Below are positions 48,523 through 55,405 of a stretch of 64,000 bases of DNA, one piece after another. Below the pieces are notes generated by a model. The model saw only the letters and a list, made by a program, of their open reading frames with translations. It was not told the DNA's origin and ran no database searches. Source of the DNA: Gammaproteobacteria bacterium (GTDB lineage Bacteria > Pseudomonadota > Gammaproteobacteria > JADZEE01); contig JADZEE010000052.1 in NCBI GenBank assembly GCA_020850735.1, positions 21,411-85,410 on the forward strand, in the 5' to 3' direction. The position numbers were made by a program, and so were the translations under genes. Numbering within the stretch: the first letter of the stretch is position 1; each line of letters starts with the position of its first letter.

Positions 48523-49545
48523 TCAACCCGCGATGTCGAACACCACCTTGCCCATCTGCCCGGCCTCGAGCACGCGCCGGTGCGCGGCGATGGCGTCATC
48601 GAGCGTGTAGACGGCGTCGACGACCGGCACCAGCCGCCGGTCGGCGACGAAATCCAGCATCGCGCCGAACTCCGCCGGCGAGCCCATGGTCGAGCCGCGC
48701 ACCTGGAGCTGGTAGAGAAACAGGCGGAAGGGATCCGGCGGCGCGACCGGTTTGCCCGCGGTCGCACCGTAGATCACCAGCCGCCCGCCGCGGCCGAGCG
48801 TCTCGAGACATTCGCTGAAATCCGCGCCGACGGTGCCGTCGATGACCGCGTCCATCGATCCGGCCTCGCTGCGCAAGCGCCGGCCCCAGTCCGCTTCACG
48901 ATAGCTGACGCCACCGCGGGCACCGAGCGCCAGCGCGCGCTCGATCTTGTCCGGCTGGCTGCTCGTCACCCAGACCTCGGCGCCGGCGTGCACGGCCAGC
49001 AGCAGCGCGGTGCTCGCCACGCCACCGCCGATGCCGGTCACGAGCACGCGCTGTCCCGGACCGATCCCGGCCTGGGTCGTGACGGCACGCCAGGCGGTCA
49101 GCCCGCACAGGGGCAACGCCGCCGCCTGCTGCCAGGTGAGATGCGCGGGCTTGTCATACAAGTGTCCGGCCGGCATGCAGATGTATTGCGCGAACGTGCC
49201 CGGCTGCGGCATGCCGAGGACGCGGAAGTCGCGCCCCGCCGCACGCGGATCCTCGCCCCAGTCAAACGCCGGGTAGATCACGACCTCGCGGCCGAGCAGC
49301 GCCGGATCCACACCCTCACCCACCGACTCCACCACCCCGGCACCGTCCGCCCCCAGGATGCAGGGCAGACGGATGTCCATGTACCGGCCGAGGCTGATCC
49401 ACACCTCACGGCGGTTGATCGCCGCGGCCTTGAGCGCGATCCGCGCTTCGCCGGGCGCGGGCGCGGGTCGCGCCACGCGTTCGGTGCGCAGGGCCTGCGG
49501 CCCACCGATCTCGCGGAGTACAACGGCCTTCATCCTGTCGGGCAT
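48523..49545 (-). CDS. zinc-type alcohol dehydrogenase / NADPH:quinone oxidoreductase family
   Basis: MKAVVL...GGPQAL..., GADGAGVV, VLVTGIGGGVAS (Rossmann). The start is either ATG 49545 or 49533. Confidence 0.85.
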   Translation of the reverse strand: MPDRMKAVVLREIGGPQALRTERVARPAPAPGEARIALKAAAINRREVWISLGRYMDIRLPCILGADGAGVVESVGEGVDPALLGREVVIYPAFDWGEDPRAAGRDFRVLGMPQPGTFAQYICMPAGHLYDKPAHLTWQQAAALPLCGLTAWRAVTTQAGIGPGQRVLVTGIGGGVASTALLLAVHAGAEVWVTSSQPDKIERALALGARGGVSYREADWGRRLRSEAGSMDAVIDGTVGADFSECLETLGRGGRLVIYGATAGKPVAPPDPFRLFLYQLQVRGSTMGSPAEFGAMLDFVADRRLVPVVDAVYTLDDAIAAHRRVLEAGQMGKVVFDIAG

Positions 49546-49668
49546 GGTCAGGGTTCCTGGCGGGAAGCGCACGGCGTGAGCGCGGCAGCGCCGTCCACAC
49601 GCGCGCGGCCCGCACGCCGGCGGGCGATTGCGACCGGCGTGGCGGTGCCGCGCGGCACGGCGGTCCGC

Positions 49669-50085
49669 TTACATCGGCGGCATCTTCGGAAATTTCGGGA
49701 TACCGTCGGGGAGCACGGCCCAGCGCGGCGCGCTGTCGGTGTAGATGCTCATGCCGGGCTGGAGCCAGCTCGAATCGTCCAGGGTACCGGCCTTGATCAC
49801 GGCGAGCGTGCCCATGCCCTGCGGCATGCTGTACAGGTTCGAGCCGCAACGCGCACAGAAATGCCGGGTGACGAAGTTGCCGCTGTCGCCGCGGGTATCG
49901 TAGGACGCGGTCGCGCCCGCGGTGATCCGAAACGCCGGGGCGGGCACGAGCACGTTGGTGCTCATCTGCGCGCCGCTGGTGCGCTGGCAGTCCGTGCAGC
50001 AGCAATGCGCGACCAGCACGGGTTCGGCCGTGCACTCGTAGCGTATGGCGCCGCAGACGCAGCCGCCCGAAAATGGTGCCGTCAT
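49669..50085 (-). CDS. GFA-family (CENP-V/glutathione-dependent formaldehyde-activating-like) zinc protein
   Basis: The ATG at 50085 has AGGAGGA upstream. Cys clusters are GGCVCGAIRY, CCCTDCQRTSG and FCARCGS. Confidence 0.85.
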   Translation of the reverse strand: MTAPFSGGCVCGAIRYECTAEPVLVAHCCCTDCQRTSGAQMSTNVLVPAPAFRITAGATASYDTRGDSGNFVTRHFCARCGSNLYSMPQGMGTLAVIKAGTLDDSSWLQPGMSIYTDSAPRWAVLPDGIPKFPKMPPM

Positions 50086-50335
50086 GCGATCCTCCTGGCG
50101 TGGTCCCGCCCGGTCCGGCAGGGAGGACCATCTTAGCGCCGGCAGGTGACGGCGGACCACACCGATCGGTGACGCCGGCCGTGTCCCGGCGCTGCCCGTC
50201 GCCGCGCCCGGCTGACGCCCGTGCCGCCGTTCGGGTACATTCGTGCATGCCGGCGCGGCACCGGCGCTGCCGTGCTCGCCGCCGGCAGCCCCAAGCCGCG
50301 ATCAGGCGGGACCAGTGCCCGCGGAGGATCCCCGC

Positions 50336-50638
50336 ATGCAGGTCATGATCGATCTTTGCGTCGTCCCGGTCGGTGTCGGCACCTCGGTGTCCGCCGAGAT
50401 CGCCGAGTGCCAGCGCATCATCCGCGCGGCCGGGCTCAAAGCGCAGCTCCACCCCTACGGCACGGTGATCGAAGGCGAGTGGGACGAGGTGTTCGCCGTG
50501 GTCAAACGCTGCCACGAGCGCCTGCACGAGCAGGGTATCGCGCGCATCCTGTCGCTGCTCAAGATCGGCACGCGCACCGACCGTACGCAGACCATGGAGG
50601 ACAAGGTCGCCAGCGTGGAGCGCCGGCTGCGCGATTGA
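50336..50638 (+). CDS. MTH1187/YkoF-family (thiamine-binding-like) small protein
   Basis: The ATG at 50336 has GGAGGA upstream. MQVMIDLCVVPVGVGTSVSAEIAECQRII...YGTVIEGEWDEV is typical of this ~100-aa family. Confidence 0.8.
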   Translation: MQVMIDLCVVPVGVGTSVSAEIAECQRIIRAAGLKAQLHPYGTVIEGEWDEVFAVVKRCHERLHEQGIARILSLLKIGTRTDRTQTMEDKVASVERRLRD

Positions 50639-50639
50639 A

Positions 50640-50841
50640 GGCCCGATCCGGGCGCGGCCGTCGCGGCCCCGGTGTCAGCCCATCCGCGCAATCCCGACAT
50701 CGGTGCCGCGCGCGCCGAGCCAGTGTCGCCGCGCATGACCGGGTGCTCGGGATCGCCGAGCACGCGCACGCCGCCATCCGCGCGCGCTTGAACGACGATA
50801 CCGCAACCGTCGTAGCAGTCCCGGGGGCAGTTGGTTTTCAG
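50640..50841 (-). pseudogene. remnant of the N-terminus of a molybdopterin (bis-MGD) oxidoreductase
   Basis: The minus strand reads LKTNCPRDCYDGCGIVVQARADGGVRVLGDPEHPVMRG. That is the Cys cluster of the 4Fe-4S Mo/W-bisMGD-type domain followed by the GDP.HP..RG motif. The similarity then decays, and the sequence runs into the convergent ykoF-like gene. No ATG, GTG or TTG start is present. Confidence 0.45.
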
Positions 50842-50868
50842 CCGTTCACGCGTGACCCGCCGCCGTGC

Positions 50869-51363
50869 TCACGGCCGCGGCTGCACCGCGAAACCGGCGT
50901 GCTCGACCAGCCGATCGGCCTCGCCCCCCGGCACCCAGATGACCAGCGTCCTGACCGGCCCCGGCGACAGCACGCTGTGCCGGACCTCGTCACCGGGCTT
51001 GACGAAACCGACCTCGCCGGGATGCAGCTCGTAGCGCCGCCCGTTCACCTCGTGACCGAGCACCCCCTCGACGACATAGAAGATCTCCAGGCTGGCGTGC
51101 GCGTGCGCGTCCGAGCCGCTGTAACCCGCTGGCAGGCTCAGTTCGCCGAGCTCGACCCCGGCATCACCGAGGTTGGACGCTTCGAGCAGCATGCGGATCC
51201 GCACGTCGCCCGCGACCAGATCGCGCGTGCCGGTGCTCTTGGCTGCGTACGCCGGCGCCGCGCCGGCGTCATCTGCCTGTGCCGCGAAGGCGCCACCGAA
51301 TAGCAGCGGTACGACGATCACCGCCGCAGCCACCATTCGCGCCCCATTTCGTGTCATGTTCAT
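50869..51363 (-). CDS. secreted cupin-domain protein
   Basis: Signal peptide (MVAAAVIVVPLLFGGAFAAQA). Cupin motifs are GSDAHAHASLEIFYVVEG and PGDEVRHSV. Confidence 0.8.
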   Translation of the reverse strand: MNMTRNGARMVAAAVIVVPLLFGGAFAAQADDAGAAPAYAAKSTGTRDLVAGDVRIRMLLEASNLGDAGVELGELSLPAGYSGSDAHAHASLEIFYVVEGVLGHEVNGRRYELHPGEVGFVKPGDEVRHSVLSPGPVRTLVIWVPGGEADRLVEHAGFAVQPRP

Positions 51364-51379
51364 GTCTTTTTTGTCCTCG

Positions 51380-51835
51380 TCATCGCAACCATCGGCTCAG
51401 ATCCGGCCACCAGCGCCGCCGCTCGTCCAGCGGCGGATCCGCGCCAGCGTCGTGCGCGCGCCTGTCCTCTCGCCGCCGGCGCGCCTCGATCGGATCGAGT
51501 GCGTGGTGGCAGTCCTCACAGCCGCGCAGCGGGCCGCTCTCCCGCGCCGCGCGCGCGAGTTCGACATGACAGTCGCGGCAGAAGTCGTGGAAATCCGCCT
51601 GCATGCGCAGCGCGAGCACGGGATCGCGCTTGTGACAGTCGTAGCACAAGCCGTCACCGGTATCATCGACGAAATTGTGATGGCACTCGACACAGCCCAC
51701 CGTCGTGTGATCGACGTGATCGAAAGCCACCGGCAAGCGCTCCGCACGCACGACCATGGCATCGTGCGACAGCACGAGCGCGACGGCGCCGCCGACCGCC
51801 GCCGTGACGATCAGCCACAGGCGGCGGTGGCGCAC
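51380..51835 (-). CDS. membrane-anchored tetrahaem cytochrome c (c3 family)
   Basis: GTG at 51835 followed by a TM helix (LWLIVTAAVGGAVALVL). Four CXXCH motifs: CVECH, CYDCH, CRDCH, CEDCH. There is also an FDHVDH...C..CHH pattern typical of class III cytochromes. Confidence 0.8.
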   Translation of the reverse strand: MRHRRLWLIVTAAVGGAVALVLSHDAMVVRAERLPVAFDHVDHTTVGCVECHHNFVDDTGDGLCYDCHKRDPVLALRMQADFHDFCRDCHVELARAARESGPLRGCEDCHHALDPIEARRRREDRRAHDAGADPPLDERRRWWPDLSRWLR

Positions 51836-52680
51836 GGTTGCGGCGCTGCGGCGATGCGCGCTGCCGGATCGGGCAGCGCGAACAGGACGGCCGCAAATCC
51901 CCACACGAGGAGCAGCGCCAGCACCACGCGCCGGCCCCGCCGGTGGGCACGGCGCATGCCATTGCGCGCGGCGCGGCCACGTTCCGGAGCGTGCGCGGGG
52001 TGGGCGTGGGCGCCGGACCCGCTCACGTCGTACCACCACGACCCGCCCGTCGCCGCCACGCAGACGGCGAGCAGCGCGATCACCTTGCCCGGCCGATCGA
52101 AGTAATAGGCGCTGCCGGCGAGGTGCCAGGCCGCCAGACCCACGGCCACCGCCGACAGCAGCGCATGCCAGCGCCGCCAGCTCCGGTAGGCCCAGCCGAT
52201 GGCCGCGCGCCACACCGACGCCACCACCAGCACCAGGATCAGGATCGCGGCGCCCACACCGGCAAGCATCGGCCAGGGCGCCGACAGCTTCAGGTAGTCG
52301 ACCACCTGCGGCTCGAGGAACAGCAACCCGGCCACGTGCGCCGCCAGCAGCAGCACCAGCGCATAACTCAGGTAGCGGTGCAGGCAGTGGACCATCCCGG
52401 CCGCGCGGGCCGAACTGCCGGCGCGCACCCAGTAGCGCGCGCTCAGCGCCGGCAGCAGCGCGAGCACACCCATGCCGGCGACGCCCGCCACCATCCACAG
52501 CTCCCACCAGAACGCCACCCGCGGCGGCGGATCGTACAGACACATGGCGAGCAGCGGCACGCTCGCGTAGACGGCCACCAGCAGCACGTCGCGGCCCTCG
52601 CGAGCGCCCGCCGCCGGCGCGCCGGAGCGGATCCCCGCGACGGTGGCGGTCGATCGCATCGATGGAGCGGTCGCGTGCAT
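51811..52680 (-). CDS. integral membrane protein, ferric-reductase-like (di-haem b) transmembrane domain
   Basis: About 6 TM helices and two His-X13-His pairs in separate helices (HRYLSYALVLLLAAH; HALLSAVAVGLAAWH), as in FRD/NOX/YedZ-type domains. Overlaps the cytochrome gene start by 25 nt. Confidence 0.7.
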   Translation of the reverse strand: MHATAPSMRSTATVAGIRSGAPAAGAREGRDVLLVAVYASVPLLAMCLYDPPPRVAFWWELWMVAGVAGMGVLALLPALSARYWVRAGSSARAAGMVHCLHRYLSYALVLLLAAHVAGLLFLEPQVVDYLKLSAPWPMLAGVGAAILILVLVVASVWRAAIGWAYRSWRRWHALLSAVAVGLAAWHLAGSAYYFDRPGKVIALLAVCVAATGGSWWYDVSGSGAHAHPAHAPERGRAARNGMRRAHRRGRRVVLALLLVWGFAAVLFALPDPAARIAAAPQPCATAACG

Positions 52681-52836
52681 GCGTGAGCGTGGACCTCGGG
52701 TGCCGGCGAGGCCGCACTATAACCGGCTTCCCGGCCAGCGACCCCGGCCGCGGCGGCTGCGCCGGCTCGGATCACGTTCCCGGCAAACCACGCCGCGGCG
52801 GCGCGCCATCCGACGACCGCGGGCGCCTGCGTTTTC

Positions 52837-53034
52837 TCAGTGTTTGCCGGCGGCCGCGCGCGCCGCCCGCCGCCGGCTGATCCGGGCCAGCACCTCGCGA
52901 CGCCCGGCGTCGGCGAGCACGCTCCACTCGCTGATCTCCTCCAGCGTGCGCAAACAGCCGGTACACAAGCCGTCTGCGTCCAGCACACAGACCTCGATGC
53001 AGGGCGATGGAACCGCGCCGTGTACGTCGCTCAT
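52837..53034 (-). CDS. DUF1289-family small Cys-rich protein
   Basis: The ATG at 53034 overlaps the upstream stop (ATGA). SPCIEVCVLDADGLCTGCLRTLEEISEW matches the DUF1289 pattern. Confidence 0.75.
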   Translation of the reverse strand: MSDVHGAVPSPCIEVCVLDADGLCTGCLRTLEEISEWSVLADAGRREVLARISRRRAARAAAGKH

Positions 53035-53852
53035 GCCGCACACGCCAGGGTTCTGGCCGCGAGCTCGCCCAGGTAATCGAGCGCGCGGATCGCACGGCTG
53101 CCGTACCAGGAAATCATCTCGCCGTCGACGCGCGCGAACCGCGGCAGATCGCTGCCGGCGAGGCAGCGGAGCTCCTCGAGATGCGCGTCCGCAAAACAAA
53201 ACGGCTCGCTCGAAAACAGCACGAGATCGGTCTCGTGCAGCAATGCGCGCCCGGGTACGACGCGCGGGTAGCGCTGCCCGGCGACGTCGCCCACCGTGTG
53301 CCAGCCCACCAGCTCGAGCATGCGCGCGATGTAGGTATCGCGACCGACGGTCATCCAGGGATCGCGCCAGATGAGATACAGCACCCGCTGTGCCGGCAGC
53401 GCCGCGGCGCGTTCGCGTAAGGCATCGAGCGCGTGCTCGAACGCCGTGCACAACCGTTCGGCCGCCGCCTCGCGGCCGAAGATCCCGCCGAGCAGCCGGT
53501 ACAGCGGCGGGTTGTCGCGCGGACCGAGCGGGTGGGTGACGATCACGTTCGGCACGCAGCGCGCGATCTCCTCGGCCGCGGCGCGCGTGTTCTCGTCGAC
53601 GTTGACGATGACGTGCGTGGGCGCCAGCGCCCGCAGCCGGTCCATGCGCACGTCCTTGGTGCCGCCCACCCGGGCGATATCCGCCACGCCCGCGCGCGGA
53701 TGGATGCAGAACCGGGTGCGGCCGACGAGCTGATCCGCCAGGCCGAGATCGAAGATCAGCTCCGTGAGGCTCGGCACCAGCGAGACGATGCGCGCCGCGG
53801 GGCCGGCGGGCCGGTGCACGACGCCGGCGGCATCGGTGAGCGGCGAGGTCAT
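53031..53852 (-). CDS. helical-backbone metal receptor / cobalamin-binding (BtuF/TroA-like) protein, no signal peptide
   Basis: RIVSLVPSLTELIFDLGLADQLVG...D...NVD resembles the N-terminal lobe of periplasmic-binding-protein class 8. About 270 aa. Confidence 0.75.
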   Translation of the reverse strand: MTSPLTDAAGVVHRPAGPAARIVSLVPSLTELIFDLGLADQLVGRTRFCIHPRAGVADIARVGGTKDVRMDRLRALAPTHVIVNVDENTRAAAEEIARCVPNVIVTHPLGPRDNPPLYRLLGGIFGREAAAERLCTAFEHALDALRERAAALPAQRVLYLIWRDPWMTVGRDTYIARMLELVGWHTVGDVAGQRYPRVVPGRALLHETDLVLFSSEPFCFADAHLEELRCLAGSDLPRFARVDGEMISWYGSRAIRALDYLGELAARTLACAA

Positions 53853-53920
53853 GGGGCGATTATGCCAGAGCGATCGGTCCGACCCCTGCGCCTGCCGGCG
53901 CGCGGACGACGGGCGGCGCG

Positions 53921-55405
53921 TCAGCGCGAAGGCCGTGCCGCCACCATCGGCCTGGCGGCGCCGGCGGCCGGTGGTTCGAATGGCTCCCAGCCACCGCCCA
54001 GGGTCTTGTACAGGCGCACGAGCGCGGTGGCGACGTTCGTCTGCGCGCTCGCTTCACGATCGGTGATCTCGGTAAGCCGGCGTTCGGCATCGAGCACACT
54101 GAGGAAGTCACCGAGCCCGGAGTCGAAGGTGCGCCGCGCGATCATCGCGGCCTCGCGGCTGTCCGCCACGGCCTCGCCCAGACGGCGGCGCGTGGTCAAT
54201 GCCTCCAGGTAACCGACCAGCGCGCCTTCGACGTCCTCGAGGGCCGACAGCACGGCCTGGTCGTATTCGGCCGTCGCCACGTCGGCCCGCGCCGCGCTCG
54301 CATCGATCCCGGAGCTGATCCGCCCGCCCGTGAAGATCGGCCAGGCCAGCAGGGCCCGCAGCGCCCAGGTCCCGCTGGCACCCTCGACGAGCGCCGACAA
54401 GGCGCCCGCCTGCACACCGCCGGTTCCGGTCAGGGCGAAGCTCGGAAAGCGCGCGGCCACGGCCACACCGACGTCGGCGGTGGCCGCGGCGAGCCGGCGC
54501 TCGGCGGCGCGGATATCCGGACGCCGGCGCAACAGCTCGGAGCGCAATCCCACCGGCACGAGGTCCGGTGGCGACGGCAGCGGCGCCACGACGAGCAAAC
54601 GCTCGAGCATGGACTCGGGCGCGGCACCGGTGAGCACGGCCAGGCGCTGCGCCGCCAGACGAATGAAGGCCTGCAGGGACGGAATTTGCGCCTGTGTCGC
54701 CGCGAACTGCGCGCGCGCCCGCACGGGTTCGAGTTCCGGAGCCAGGCCCGCCTGGTGTTTTCGATCCGCGAGCGCCAGCGTCTGGCGCTGCAGATCGAGA
54801 TTCGTCTCGAGGATCGCCAGGCGGCGTTGTGCGCCGCGCAGCTCGACGTACGTGCGCGCGATCTCGGCCGCCAGGCTGAGGACGACACCGCGCCGCGCCT
54901 CGTCCGCCGCTTCGGCGCGGGCCGCGGCCGCCTCGGTGCGGCGCCGGTTGCCGCCGAACAGATCGAGCTCCCAGGCCGCGTCGAAGCTCGCCTCGTAGAC
55001 GTCGTTGGTGCGATCAGCGAGTCCCTGGCTGACGAACGCCGAGTCGATCCCGGGTCCGTTCTCGCTCAGCCGGGCGACGGCGCCCGCGCCGCGCGCCGCC
55101 AGCGACGGCAGCAGGCTGGCCGCGCTGGCGCGCGCCAGCGCCCGCGCCTCGCGCACCCGGGCCTCGGCGATCCGCAGCCCGGGATTGCCGGCCACCGCGG
55201 CGTCCACCAGTTCCACCAGCAGTGGATCGTCGAAAGCGGCCCACCAGTCGGCACGCACCGCGTCGGCCACGACGACCGCCGCCGGATCGGCGGCGGCGAA
55301 GTCACCCGTTCCGGCGGCCGGGCGCACGTAGTGCGGACCGACCGTACAGGCCGCCGGCAGCGTGGCGGTCAGCAGTGCCACGATCGCAGCGCGGCAGCGG
55401 TTCAT
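53921..55405 (-). CDS. RND efflux outer-membrane lipoprotein (NodT family)
   Basis: The ATG at 55405 overlaps the upstream stop (ATGA). Lipobox LLTATLPAAC, followed by TVGPHYVRP, which is typical of the NodT family. About 494 aa. Confidence 0.9.
   Translation of the reverse strand: MNRCRAAIVALLTATLPAACTVGPHYVRPAAGTGDFAAADPAAVVVADAVRADWWAAFDDPLLVELVDAAVAGNPGLRIAEARVREARALARASAASLLPSLAARGAGAVARLSENGPGIDSAFVSQGLADRTNDVYEASFDAAWELDLFGGNRRRTEAAAARAEAADEARRGVVLSLAAEIARTYVELRGAQRRLAILETNLDLQRQTLALADRKHQAGLAPELEPVRARAQFAATQAQIPSLQAFIRLAAQRLAVLTGAAPESMLERLLVVAPLPSPPDLVPVGLRSELLRRRPDIRAAERRLAAATADVGVAVAARFPSFALTGTGGVQAGALSALVEGASGTWALRALLAWPIFTGGRISSGIDASAARADVATAEYDQAVLSALEDVEGALVGYLEALTTRRRLGEAVADSREAAMIARRTFDSGLGDFLSVLDAERRLTEITDREASAQTNVATALVRLYKTLGGGWEPFEPPAAGAARPMVAARPSR

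Noticed and set aside
50161-50335. TPP riboswitch upstream of the ykoF/MTH1187-like gene (ykoF is TPP-regulated in Bacillus).
   Set aside because: I could not find the conserved CUGAGA / ACCUGAUCUGGAUAAUGCCAGCG-type core elements. The region is generic GC-rich sequence. An Rfam scan would be decisive.
53853-53920. Cobalamin riboswitch or Fur box associated with the BtuF-like gene or the three TonB-dependent receptors.
   Set aside because: The upstream regions are too short (68 nt at 53853-53920) or lack a B12-box (consensus around GCCACUG) or a GATAATGATAATCATTATC-like Fur box. The receptors instead have TetR neighbours or the TCAGTATAYT repeats.
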